Shown: positions 48,645-58,511, counted from the stretch's first letter. The stretch: 64,000 bases of DNA from an uncultured Ruficoccus sp. (GCA_965140785.1 OZ223517.1:17484-81483); one strand, 5' to 3'. Program-made: numbers and translations. Notes: generated from the sequence alone by a model not told the origin.

Positions 48645-49418
48645 TTACTGGATCGTGACCGGGACCGGAACGAACTGGATGTCCTGATCGGTGTTTTCGT
48701 AGTAGGCGCGCATCTTGCTCACACGCGGCGCGATACTGTTGTCCTGGGTAAAGACCCAACCGTCCTGGCTCGGGACGCCGTAACCGGCCACATGGCCGAG
48801 CTCATCGACATAGAAAGCCGCTCCGAGCCCCCAGTAGAAAGTCCACACCTGCACCTGCTTGTCGCTGCCTTCCACCTGCTGCGTCTCACCGACGAAGGTG
48901 ATCATGTTGTTGAATTTCTGCGCCTGGGAAAGGATCCCGACGATGTTTTGCACCCGCTGGCCGAGGGAAGCCTCGGTCTCCTCCGGATTCTCCGGAATAC
49001 GCACCAGAAGCGGGTCGATCATATCCAGCAAAGGCTGCGGATAATAAGCGGTCTGTGCCACCAAGCGCTGTTCCAATGAGGTGATGATGTCTGTCAGACT
49101 CTTGTTCGCACGCATGAAGGCGGCTCGCTGAAGCAGCAGTTCGTTACGCTCATTATCGGCCTGGGTCGCCGTCTCTTCCATTTCCTTGATCTTCTCGTCA
49201 AGGGCCTCGAGTTGCTTTTCCAAAAGCTCCTTGGTATCGGCCAGCGACGCTTTATCGGCCGTCCAGTCGTTCTTCTCCTCGGAGATCAACTGCTGGGTCT
49301 CGACCCATTTATCGAGCTTGGATTTCGTCTGCTTGACGGGCGATTGCTCCTGCCCGAACAGCGGGGCCGCCGCCAGGCAGAGCATAGGCATTAAAAGGTG
49401 CTTCAGCTTCATAGACAC
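48645..49418 (-). CDS. DUF3450 family protein (TtpB-like)
   Basis: Signal peptide, long coiled coil, C-terminal FYWGLG..FYV...GWVF...FVPVPV; first gene of a TtpB-TtpC-ExbB-ExbD-TonB-TPR order. Confidence 0.8.
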   Translation of the reverse strand: MSMKLKHLLMPMLCLAAAPLFGQEQSPVKQTKSKLDKWVETQQLISEEKNDWTADKASLADTKELLEKQLEALDEKIKEMEETATQADNERNELLLQRAAFMRANKSLTDIITSLEQRLVAQTAYYPQPLLDMIDPLLVRIPENPEETEASLGQRVQNIVGILSQAQKFNNMITFVGETQQVEGSDKQVQVWTFYWGLGAAFYVDELGHVAGYGVPSQDGWVFTQDNSIAPRVSKMRAYYENTDQDIQFVPVPVTIQ

Positions 49419-49558
49419 AAAAGGTTCAGGAAAGCTGCCTACTGATCAAAAAAAGCCCCCGCTGACTAGGCTTCTAATGTTAAAGTTCGGTAACGAACCG
49501 GTATTTTTGTAACAAATGGGTACCCACAAAAAACGCCCCAGCCCAATGCCGGAGCGCC

Positions 49559-49587
49559 TTTACAGCCTTGTTACAATTCCGTTGCAA
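49559..49587 (-). promoter_or_regulatory. Pho-box-like triple repeat upstream of the TonB operon
   Basis: Minus strand TTGCAAC-N4-TTGTAAC-N4-CTGTAAA (11-bp period); a second phased pair TCGTTAC-N4-CTTTAAC lies at 49479-49496. Confidence 0.6.
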
Positions 49588-51018
49588 TCAACCCGCGTGA
49601 TCGCCCGTCGGAAGGGCTTTACAGGGCAACATGGCGGCGTCGCGCATCCCGTGGATAATCTTTTTATCCGCCGGGCAGAAAGTGGCGAGTATCCCGTTCA
49701 AGGACACTTGCTCGCCCTCAATCATATAAAACGGACACAGGCGCAGGCGCCCCTGCATCTCAGCGGGCTCGCCCTCCTCGTTATAAACCGGGTGCGGCGT
49801 GCGGCGCGGCTTGTGGTAATCCTGTAACACATGGAGCGTCGAGTCGGCCATTTCGACGGCGTTGGCGATGCCTTCCTGCCAATCGGTCTTAGACACGTCC
49901 GAGCCGAGGACGACACTGCGCGCCCCCCAGGCCAGCTCGTGAAAGCCGCTCGCTTTGATAATCAGGTTGCGCTCTTTCTGCGTGGCCTCGCCCAGTTCCT
50001 CCCAGCGGCGGATGGGCTTGCCCTGGGCGTGCGGGGCATCGAGCACGGCGTTGGGTGGCAGCTCCACCGGGTCCATAATCCACGAGTGCGGCACGATCTT
50101 TTTCAGCGTCTTGTAGGAACGCTTGGGCAGGTTCTCGCGCCAGAAGTCATCCAGCACGTGGTGGTGCAGCAGAGCGAGGTTGAGCTTCTCCTCCTGGTAG
50201 GCTTTCATCGGAGGCGTGACGACAACGTCGCCACTCTCAGCCGCCTCCAGGATGTATTGAGCCGTCGATACATTGCCCAGGTCGAACAGCTCGAAAAAGC
50301 GGTAAATGATGTCGATGGGTTCGGGGTTGCCGTCCACATTGACACACAGCGTCCGGCCCAGCGGCATAATGTCGGTCGGGTGGTAGGCGTGGACCCGCTT
50401 GCCCTCCTCGCGCAGACGCGCGGCCAGGTAGTCGAACTCGGGCCGGTAGGTGTCGGCCTCGTCGCTGACCACGATGGCGATGAGCGGGTTGGGTTTGTCG
50501 GGCGTGGTGGCGGCCAGGGCGTTGTAAAAAGCGTGACGCATGCCGGTAGCCCCCCCGATGACGGCGGAGTCGTCCCCCTGCGCATAGAGGCCATTTAAAA
50601 AGTCGGTCAGGCCGATGCCGCCGGGCACGGAGTCCATCTCGGTCAGGGCGAAGCCGTCCTCGGTCAGCAACAGGTCGGGACGCAACACGTGGGGCATCAG
50701 ACCCTTGAACTGCTCGTGCCGGGCGTGTTCGATCACGCGCCGGGGCTTGCCACGGTCGAGGTAGTCGGCCACCCACGGGGCGACCAGCTCTTTGTTGCGC
50801 AGGAGGTTCTTCCCCTGCCAAGAGCGCCGGTAGAGCGTGTCCAGGGCGAGATAAAAATCGCGGCAGGCCTCGCCGATCTGCTCGATCTCGCGCACCTGAT
50901 TGGGCGTCAGCGGCCAGGCCTCGGGCGAGAGGCGCCAGGTCTTGTCTTCGAACAGCGGCTGAGCCTCCAGGGAGGCTTTGAGGGTCTGGTAATCAAGCGC
51001 AGGCATGGCAGTCGGCAT
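49588..51018 (-). CDS. ATP-grasp-like (glutathionylspermidine synthase / circularly permuted ATP-grasp related) protein
   Basis: LRPDLLL...ALTEMDSVPGGIG, IIYRFFELFD, EEKL.LALL, LIIKASG...WGARSV. Confidence 0.65.
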   Translation of the reverse strand: MPTAMPALDYQTLKASLEAQPLFEDKTWRLSPEAWPLTPNQVREIEQIGEACRDFYLALDTLYRRSWQGKNLLRNKELVAPWVADYLDRGKPRRVIEHARHEQFKGLMPHVLRPDLLLTEDGFALTEMDSVPGGIGLTDFLNGLYAQGDDSAVIGGATGMRHAFYNALAATTPDKPNPLIAIVVSDEADTYRPEFDYLAARLREEGKRVHAYHPTDIMPLGRTLCVNVDGNPEPIDIIYRFFELFDLGNVSTAQYILEAAESGDVVVTPPMKAYQEEKLNLALLHHHVLDDFWRENLPKRSYKTLKKIVPHSWIMDPVELPPNAVLDAPHAQGKPIRRWEELGEATQKERNLIIKASGFHELAWGARSVVLGSDVSKTDWQEGIANAVEMADSTLHVLQDYHKPRRTPHPVYNEEGEPAEMQGRLRLCPFYMIEGEQVSLNGILATFCPADKKIIHGMRDAAMLPCKALPTGDHAG

Positions 51019-51247
51019 ACATCCTTAAAGGTTGAAACCTGTAAGGGGAAACCTTTTCCGCGCCGGGGCAAGCCGAGGGCGCATTTTCCGGAATTTCCCC
51101 GGAGGGGGGCGGCGCCCTGCCCCTCCCCCGCCAAGGTCCACCCTTGCATGAGCACTTGATCTTTCGCTGGAATGGCATTCTTATACCCTTCAGAAGTAGT
51201 CTCTTAAAGCATAATAGCCCTCTTATGCTCATTTAAGAGTTAAACCG

Positions 51248-52333
51248 ATGAGTATGCCAAATGCCTCCGAGTATTCACTTGAGCCGTTTTTTGAATCGGT
51301 GCCGGAGCTGTTGTGTATCGCGGGTTTCGACGGGTATTTTAAGAAAATCAACCCCGCTCTTTGCCGCCTGTTGAAGTACACGGAAGCCGAGCTCTTTGCC
51401 CGGCCCATCAACACCTTCGTCCATCCCGACGACCGCGCCCTGACCCAAGCCCACCGGCGCAACCTGTATGCGGGCAAATCCCTCCGCAACTACGAGAATC
51501 GCTACCTGACCAAGGACGGCGAAACCGTATGGCTCTCCTGGAACTCCATCCCCCAGAAGGAGCAGGGCCTGGTCTATGCGATCGCCAAAAATATCACCTC
51601 CCACAAAGAGCACGAAGAAGCGCGTAACGCGATGCTGGCCGAGATGACCCGCACCAATGAGCGCCTCAAGCAAATGAACTACGCCACTTCGCATGATTTG
51701 CGGACGCCGGTGGCGAACCTGATCTCGCTCTTCAGCATGCTTGACCGCAGCAAGATCAGCGACCCCGAGACCCTGGATTTTATCCAGATGATGACCGATG
51801 CCGCCGGAGAGTTGGAGCATATGCTAAACTGCTATTTGGATCAAATCGAGAAAGGTCACACCCAGGACGCACAGCTTGAACCCCTCTCCATCGAAGAAAC
51901 CGTCGAAAAAGTTAAAAGGCCGCTCTCCTACCTGATCGCTGCCTCCCATGCGCAGATCCGGCTGGAGATGAAAGCGTTCGATACGCTGATTTTCAAGCCA
52001 TCGTATCTGGAAGGGATTTTCCTGAACCTAATCACAAACTCGATCAAATACGCCCATCCCAACCGCGCCCCGACGATCACCATCGAAACCCTCTTGGCCG
52101 ATGGGGAAAAGCAAATCCGCTACACGGACAATGGCATCGGCTTTGACAGCGAGTTCCAAAAAGATCGCATCTTCAGGCTGCATGAAAAATTCCATGACAA
52201 CAAGGACGGCAAGGGAATCGGGCTCTACCTGATCGCCTGCCACATGCGCGAATTAGGTGGCCGCATCGAGGTAAGCAGTCAGATCAACGTGGGCACGAGC
52301 TTCACCCTGCACTTCGCCCGGCAAAATCGCTAG
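51248..52333 (+). CDS. Cytoplasmic PAS-domain sensor histidine kinase
   Basis: PAS (FVHPDD, ENRYLTKDG..VWLSW), H-box SHDLRTP, NLITNSIKY, DNGIG, GIGLYL. Confidence 0.92.
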   Translation: MSMPNASEYSLEPFFESVPELLCIAGFDGYFKKINPALCRLLKYTEAELFARPINTFVHPDDRALTQAHRRNLYAGKSLRNYENRYLTKDGETVWLSWNSIPQKEQGLVYAIAKNITSHKEHEEARNAMLAEMTRTNERLKQMNYATSHDLRTPVANLISLFSMLDRSKISDPETLDFIQMMTDAAGELEHMLNCYLDQIEKGHTQDAQLEPLSIEETVEKVKRPLSYLIAASHAQIRLEMKAFDTLIFKPSYLEGIFLNLITNSIKYAHPNRAPTITIETLLADGEKQIRYTDNGIGFDSEFQKDRIFRLHEKFHDNKDGKGIGLYLIACHMRELGGRIEVSSQINVGTSFTLHFARQNR

Positions 52334-52484
52334 GGCCTGTCTGGCAATCAAGCGTCGGCACGGTAGTCGTGCTTACATCTTTATAGGTTGAAACCAAGGA
52401 CGGAAAACTGTTTCCGCGCGACGGCAAGCCGATGGCGTTTTTTCAGTATAAGTCCGCGCGCAGTGGATCATTCCCCCAAAACAC

Positions 52485-52901
52485 CTAGCTGACCAACTCG
52501 ATGATGGGCTCACTCGTCGACACAACATCAACAATATGATCCACACACACGATACGGTAGTGCAGGTAGGCTCCCGGAAACGCATCACAGGCGCATGTGG
52601 TCTTTTTCACATATTCCAGCAGAAGGGACGCGCGACATCGGCGAAAGCTTGCTCCAACAGAGGCTTCGGTTGGATCAGCTCGGGCAAAGGATTCGTTGGT
52701 GACAAAATAACAGACATAGTCATCGAAAACCAACTGCACCGCAGGCTGCTTTTCGTCCACCACGACCTCACGCAACTTGTCACCGACTTGCCCCAAAAGG
52801 CGGGTCAAGAGCACACGCATCTGCACGCTGTTCCCATCATGCTCTTTCAGTTGATCCAGGTACAGTGCACAGTCTGTCTCCAACAGATCCTGGTAATTCA
52901 T
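52485..52901 (-). CDS. Hypothetical protein
   Basis: 138-aa ORF with globular composition (LVFDDYVCYFVTNESF...HYRIVCVDHIVDVVS..EP.I). Confidence 0.65.
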   Translation of the reverse strand: MNYQDLLETDCALYLDQLKEHDGNSVQMRVLLTRLLGQVGDKLREVVVDEKQPAVQLVFDDYVCYFVTNESFARADPTEASVGASFRRCRASLLLEYVKKTTCACDAFPGAYLHYRIVCVDHIVDVVSTSEPIIELVS

Positions 52902-52982
52902 ACGCTCGCAGAAATAACGTTATCGGTCGGAAAAGGTCCCCATCACGACACATCGCATTGTTGATGCAAGACTCTGCTCTGC

Positions 52983-54129
52983 CTAGTCGTCCATCTTGAT
53001 TTCCTTGTTGCGGCTGGTGGGGCAGCCGGCGCGGAGCCAGGCGTGGATGAAGTTGTCGAGGTCGCCGTCCTGGACGGCCTGGATGTTGCCGGTTTCGACG
53101 CCGGTGCGCAGGTCCTTGACCATCTGGTAGGGCTGGAAGACATAGCTGCGGATCTGGTTGCCCCAGCCGATTTCGCCCTTTTCGCCGTAGAACTTTTCCA
53201 TCTCGGAGCGTTTCTTGTCCTGCTCGTACTCGTAGAGGCGGGACTTGAGCTGCTTCATCGCGCTGGCCTTGTTCTTGTGCTGCGAACGGTCGTTCTGACA
53301 CTGCACGACGATGTTCGTCGCCAGATGGGTGATGCGCACGGCCGAGTCGGTCTTGTTGACGTGCTGGCCGCCCTTGCCGCTGGAGCGGTAGGTATCGATG
53401 CGGATCTCGTCGTCGGATATCTCGATGTCGATATCGTCCTCGATTTCGGCGATCACGTCCACCGAACAGAAGGAGGTGTGGCGGCGCTTATTCGAGTCAA
53501 AGGGGCTGATGCGGACCAGCCGGTGCACGCCGCGCTCGGCCTTGGCATAGCCGTAGGCGTAGGGGCCGACGATGCGCAGGGAGGCGCTGTTGATCCCGGC
53601 CTCTTCGCCCGGACCGATGTCGAGCACCTCGACGGTGAAGCCCCGGCGCTCGGCCCAGCGGGTGTACTGGCGCAGGAGCATGTCGGCCCAGTCGCAAGAC
53701 TCGGTCCCGCCGGCCCCGGCATGAATGCTAAGGATAGCGTTGTTCTTGTCCATCGGACCGGAGAGGAAGGACTGGATCTCGATCTGGTCGAGCTGCTTCA
53801 GGAGGGTCTTGACGGTGGAGTCGAGCTCGGCGCCAAACTCCGCACCCTCGTCCTCGTCGGCCTCCTCGACCAGTTCGGCCAAGGCCTGCATGTCATCCAC
53901 CTTCTGCTTGTACTCGACGATGCCGTTGATCGAGCCCTTGAGCAGGTTGGACTCGCCGATGACTTTTTGCGCGCTCTCCTGGTCATCCCAGAAGGCCGGA
54001 GAAGCCATCTGCCCCTCCAGCTCGGCTATGCGCTTCTGCTTGCCCTCGACGTCAAAGATACCTCCAAAGGTATCCGGCTCTCTTGGCGATTTCGTCGATG
54101 TGGGTGCGCAATTCGGGTTCGATGGTCAT
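52983..54129 (-). CDS. prfB: Peptide chain release factor 2 (programmed +1 frameshift at 54054)
   Basis: SPF and GGQ motifs; 25-codon first ORF from ATG 54129 ends in GGAGG-TAT-CTT-TGA-C, and the +1 frame continues DVEGKQKRI... Confidence 0.97.
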
Positions 54130-54236
54130 GGGAGTAAAGGGAAAGGGTTAAAAGGTTGAATGGCTAAATGGTTAAGCAAACAGGCCACTTCTGCAACCTG
54201 CGGACTGGGAAAGAGAGCAAAAGGGGCACTCTGCGC

Positions 54237-55790
54237 TCAGGCGGTGATCTCGTAGAGGTCCATGCGCTTTTTGAGCGTAGCGCGGGTGATGCCCAGCACA
54301 GAGGCGGCCTTGGCCTGGTTGCCACCGGTATGGGCGAGGGCGCGGCGGAGGATTTCTTTTTCCACCTCGACGAGAACATTGCTGTCGCTGCGCTCCAGGG
54401 CGGTGGCGAAAGCGATGTCGAAGGCCTCCTCGGGCGTCATCGGACGCGGGGCGGCGATGACCTCGGCGGGCGCTTCCAGGCCGGGGGCGACGGGGGCTTC
54501 GGCGGCGGAGGAGGCCGGAGCGGACGGCTCGGTCTCCCCTTCCGCCTCGGTGGAAGGCTCGGGTATAGGCGACGGGGTTTGGGAGAGCTTCACCTTGTCG
54601 CCGACGGCGGTGACGATCTCAGCGGGCAGGTCCTTGCGCAGGATGGTGTCGCCCTGGGCGATGACCGCGCTGCGGAACATCACGTTCTCCAGCTCGCGGA
54701 CGTTACCCGGCCAGGTGTGGGCCTGCAGGATGGCGAGCGCGTCGGTGGAGACACGGGTGATGCGGGCCTTGCGGTCCTTGACCAGCTTCTGGAGCATGTA
54801 CTCGACCAGCAGCGGGATGTCCTCCAGGCGCTCGCGCAGGCTGGGCAGGCGGATGCGGAAGACATTTAAGCGGTAGTAAAGGTCTTCGCGGAAAGTGTTC
54901 TCGGCCACCATGTGCTCCAGGTCCTTGTTGGTGGCGGCGATGAGGCGGACATCGACCTTGATCGTGTCGGTCCCGCCCACGCGCTGAATCTCGCCCTCCT
55001 GAAGGGCGCGAAGGATCTTGGTCTGGGTCGGGGGCGACATGTCGCCGATCTCGTCGAGAAAGATCGTGCCGCCGTCGCAAAGCTCGAACTTGCCCTTGCG
55101 CTGGCCGGTGGCCCCGGTGAAGGAGCCTTTCTCGTGCCCGAACAGCTCGCTCTCGATCAGGTTCTCGGGGATGGCCGCACAGTTGACGGCGATGAAGGGC
55201 TTCCCGTTGCGGTGGCTGTGCTGGTAAATGCAGCGGGCAACCAGTTCCTTACCAGTGCCGCTCTCGCCGGTGATCATGACGGTGGCGTCACTGGCGGCGA
55301 CCTGGCCGATGATCTTTAAAACCTCCTGCATCGGCTCGGAGGTGCCGACGATGCCCTCCTTGTAGTCCTCGGAGTTGAGGACGGGGGCGGCCCCGCCCTT
55401 TTCCTGACTGGAGTCCTCGTAGGCGGTGGCGGCCTTCTCGACCAGCCCGAGGATTTTCTTCATATCGAAGGGCTTGATGATGTAGTCGAAGGCCCCGAAC
55501 TTCATCGCCTCGATCGCGGTCTGGGCGGTGCCGAAGGCGGTCATGAGGATGACCATGGCCTTCGGGCAGGCATGGCGCAGATGCTGGAGGGTTTCGATCC
55601 CGCTCATGCCGCCCATGCGGTTATCCAGCAGGATAACGACCGGGTTGGCTTCCTTGGCGACCTTGAGGCCTTCCTCCCCGCTGTCGGCGGAGACTACCTG
55701 GTACTGACGGGCGGAGAGAATCCGCTCCAGCGAGTAGCGGATTTCGGTGTCGTCATCAATAACCAGTACGACTGGACTTTTCGTGCTCAT
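54237..55790 (-). CDS. Sigma54-dependent response regulator (NtrC family)
   Basis: REC domain, [44 protein letters not shown], Fis-type HTH. Confidence 0.95.
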   Translation of the reverse strand: MSTKSPVVLVIDDDTEIRYSLERILSARQYQVVSADSGEEGLKVAKEANPVVILLDNRMGGMSGIETLQHLRHACPKAMVILMTAFGTAQTAIEAMKFGAFDYIIKPFDMKKILGLVEKAATAYEDSSQEKGGAAPVLNSEDYKEGIVGTSEPMQEVLKIIGQVAASDATVMITGESGTGKELVARCIYQHSHRNGKPFIAVNCAAIPENLIESELFGHEKGSFTGATGQRKGKFELCDGGTIFLDEIGDMSPPTQTKILRALQEGEIQRVGGTDTIKVDVRLIAATNKDLEHMVAENTFREDLYYRLNVFRIRLPSLRERLEDIPLLVEYMLQKLVKDRKARITRVSTDALAILQAHTWPGNVRELENVMFRSAVIAQGDTILRKDLPAEIVTAVGDKVKLSQTPSPIPEPSTEAEGETEPSAPASSAAEAPVAPGLEAPAEVIAAPRPMTPEEAFDIAFATALERSDSNVLVEVEKEILRRALAHTGGNQAKAASVLGITRATLKKRMDLYEITA

Positions 55791-55851
55791 GGAATAATGG
55801 TTAATCTCGCCCGGCCCACGCCGAGTAAAAGACTCTCATGCTCTAGCGGAC

Positions 55852-56841
55852 ATGCGCAGGTGGTCAATCAAGTTGTTTCGTCTCTTTGGCATCCAATTGG
55901 AAGTCCACGCCAGCTTTTTTCTGTTGCTGGCGGTGGTTGCGTGGTGGGGCTACGACGCGGCCGGGCCGGCGGGAATCGTCGGCGGACTGGTCTATATGTT
56001 CTTTATTTTCACCTCCGTGCTGCTGCACGAGTACGGCCACTGCTTCGCCGCGCGGCGCTACGGGGTGAAAATCCCCCGCATCCTGCTGCTGCCCATCGGG
56101 GGCATGGCGCAGTTCAGCCACATCCCGCGCGAACCCTCCCGTGAGCTGATCATCACCGTGGCGGGGCCGCTGGTGAACTTCGTCATCGCCGGGGTGCTCT
56201 TCGCGGTGGTGGGGCTGCCGAGTGAGGGCATCCTCTACAACCCCTTCAGCCTGCATCCACGCGAATTCCTGACCATGCTGATGTTCTGGAACCTGGCGAT
56301 GGGCATTTTTAACCTGCTGCCGATCTTCCCCATGGACGGGGGGCGCATCCTGCGGGCGCTGCTGGCGATCAAGTTCGACTACCTGAGCGCCACCCGCTTC
56401 GCCCTGCACACGGGCAAGGTCCTGGGAATCGTCGGCATGGCGCTGGCGCTCTTTTACCTGCACAGCCCGCTGACCGTGGCCCTGTTCGCCTTCATCATCA
56501 TCGGGGGCGAGGTCGAGTTCCGCCAGTTGCGCACGGCCGAGGCCTACGCCGGACTGACCATCGCGGACGTCACCCTACCCGCACGCTGGGAGGAAGTTTT
56601 CCCGCTTCAGGGGCAGACGCCCATCCTCCAGGCGGCCTGGCCCCTGGAGTTCTACGCTCCGCTGTTCAAGGCGCAAGCGGACCGGATTTATCCCGTCTAT
56701 GACCGGGACGGCTTCATCGGCGTGGTCCGGACGGCCTACTTCGACCGAGCCCTGAAAGTCGCCCACACCCGCCGCCAGGTCCGCCAGAGCCCCGCCGGGC
56801 AGGCCTATGCCAGCCCCGGCGAGAAGCCGCCGGTGTTGTGA
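55852..56841 (+). CDS. Site-2 protease (M50) family metalloprotease
   Basis: HEYGH, AGPLVN, NLLPIFPMDGGRI. Confidence 0.93.
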   Translation: MRRWSIKLFRLFGIQLEVHASFFLLLAVVAWWGYDAAGPAGIVGGLVYMFFIFTSVLLHEYGHCFAARRYGVKIPRILLLPIGGMAQFSHIPREPSRELIITVAGPLVNFVIAGVLFAVVGLPSEGILYNPFSLHPREFLTMLMFWNLAMGIFNLLPIFPMDGGRILRALLAIKFDYLSATRFALHTGKVLGIVGMALALFYLHSPLTVALFAFIIIGGEVEFRQLRTAEAYAGLTIADVTLPARWEEVFPLQGQTPILQAAWPLEFYAPLFKAQADRIYPVYDRDGFIGVVRTAYFDRALKVAHTRRQVRQSPAGQAYASPGEKPPVL

Positions 56842-56844
56842 AGT

Positions 56845-56966
56845 GTGCTGGTTCTTTGTGCTTTGTGCTTAGTTAAAACGGCAAGAAATGAAGACTATAG
56901 AGGCAATGTGCGCTTACCAATGGAAGAGCGCCATCAACCAAGCACTAAGAACAAAGAACTAAGCAC
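56845..56966. repeat. Imperfect inverted repeat built from 7-bp units
   Basis: Left arm GTGCTG-GTTCTTT-GTGCTTT-GTGCTTA-GTT; right arm AAC-CAAGCAC-TAAGAAC-AAAGAAC-TAAGCAC. Confidence 0.7.
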
Positions 56967-57021
56967 GAATGACAAAATGATTTGCCCCCTGCCCCGGTGC
57001 GGGTTAGCGTGGAGGGGTTCT

Positions 57022-57558
57022 ATGAATACCCTCACCAAGATCGAGGCCGGGCCCATCGCCGAGGCCTTTGAACGCCTGACCGTCGAGATCGCCGCCGCGG
57101 TCGGCCAGGCGCAGAACCTTGCCCTCATCGGCATCGCCAACGGCGGCATCCCCTTCTGCCAGAAGCTCGCCGCCGGGCTCTCGAAACAGCTCGGGCGCGA
57201 CATCCCGGTCGGCAGCGTCAACGACACCTTTCACCGCGACGACATTCGCAGCAACCCGATCCCGCCCGTCAAAAACAGCACCGACCTGCCCTTCCCCATC
57301 GAGGGGGCGACCCTCGTGCTGGCCGACGACGTCCTCCACTCGGGCCGCACCGTCCGGGCCGCGCTGAACGAGATTTTCGACCTGGGCCGGCCCGAACGGG
57401 TTTACCTGGCCGTGCTGTGCGACCGGGGCGGACGCCGCCTGCCGGTGCAGCCGGACTTCACCGGACTGACGCTGGAGACGATTCCTGCACAAAAAGTAAA
57501 AGTTAAACTGGACACGGAAAACCCGTCGCTTGACACTGTGGAAATTCTGCAAGCATGA
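57022..57558 (+). CDS. pyrR: Bifunctional pyr regulator / uracil phosphoribosyltransferase PyrR
   Basis: TFHRDD, LVLADDVLHSGRTVRAAL, LAVLCDRGGRRLPVQPDF.G; GGAGG RBS. Confidence 0.92.
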   Translation: MNTLTKIEAGPIAEAFERLTVEIAAAVGQAQNLALIGIANGGIPFCQKLAAGLSKQLGRDIPVGSVNDTFHRDDIRSNPIPPVKNSTDLPFPIEGATLVLADDVLHSGRTVRAALNEIFDLGRPERVYLAVLCDRGGRRLPVQPDFTGLTLETIPAQKVKVKLDTENPSLDTVEILQA

Positions 57559-58511
57559 CGCCTTCGCCCGCCTGGACCCGTAAAGACCTGATCGCGATCG
57601 AGGATCTTTCCCGCGAGGAACTCGACATTATTTTCTCCACCGCGGAGAACTTCAAATCCACCCTGGGGCGCTCCGTGAAAAAGCTGCCGTCCCTGCGGGG
57701 AGTCACGGTCGTAAACTTATTCATGGAGCCGAGCACGCGCACGCGGCTGGCCTTCGAGATCGCCGCCATGCGCCTCTCCGCCGATGTCATCTCGGTGATG
57801 GGAGACGCCAGCAGCCTGGTCAAGGGCGAGACCCTGCGCGACACCGCCCGCAACATCCAGGCCCTCTCGGCGGACATGATCATCATGCGCCACTCGGCCG
57901 CCGGGTCGGCCAAGTACTTGAGCGAAATCGTCGATATGCCGGTGGTCAACGCCGGGGACGGCGCCCACGAGCACCCGACCCAGGCCCTGCTCGACGCCTA
58001 CACCCTGCGCGAGAAGATCGGCCCCGACCTGACCGGCAAGCGCGTCACCATCCTCGGGGACATCCTCTTCAGCCGCGTGGCCCGCTCCAACATCTGGTGC
58101 CTGAAAAAACTCGGCGCCGAGGTCACCCTGGCCGGGCCGTCCACCCTCGTCCCGCACGCCTTCGAGGAGCTTGGGGTGCGCGTCTGCCACGACCTGAAAA
58201 AAGCCCTCGACGGCGCCGACGCGGTTATGCTCCTGCGCATCCAGCACGAGCGCCAGACCTCCACCCACTTCCCCTCCCTCGGGGAGTACACCAGCATGTT
58301 CGGCCTGAACAAGCGCCGCGCCGCCTGGCTCAAGCCGGACGCCATCATCATGCACCCCGGCCCCATCAATCGCGGCGTCGAGCTGGACTCCGACCTGGCC
58401 GACTCCCCCCGCTCCGTCATTCTCGATCAGGTCACCAACGGCATCGCCGTGCGCATGGCCGCCCTTTACCTGTGCGCCTCCACCCAGCGGTTGACCGAAA
58501 AGACCGCCTAA
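57555..58511 (+). CDS. pyrB: Aspartate carbamoyltransferase catalytic subunit
   Basis: FMEPSTRTR, NAGDGAHEHPTQALLD, LRIQHER, MHPGPINRGVE. Confidence 0.97.
   Translation: MTPSPAWTRKDLIAIEDLSREELDIIFSTAENFKSTLGRSVKKLPSLRGVTVVNLFMEPSTRTRLAFEIAAMRLSADVISVMGDASSLVKGETLRDTARNIQALSADMIIMRHSAAGSAKYLSEIVDMPVVNAGDGAHEHPTQALLDAYTLREKIGPDLTGKRVTILGDILFSRVARSNIWCLKKLGAEVTLAGPSTLVPHAFEELGVRVCHDLKKALDGADAVMLLRIQHERQTSTHFPSLGEYTSMFGLNKRRAAWLKPDAIIMHPGPINRGVELDSDLADSPRSVILDQVTNGIAVRMAALYLCASTQRLTEKTA

Noticed and set aside
55110..55135. GSFTGA instead of GAFTGA in the sigma54 activator
   Set aside because: Common functional variant; the key F-T residues are retained.
56845..57021. ORF-track N-terminal extension of PyrR, or a canonical PyrR attenuator
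   Set aside because: The extension is translated repeat DNA, and a GGAGG RBS supports ATG 57022; I could not see a PyrR-binding loop consensus or a terminator.
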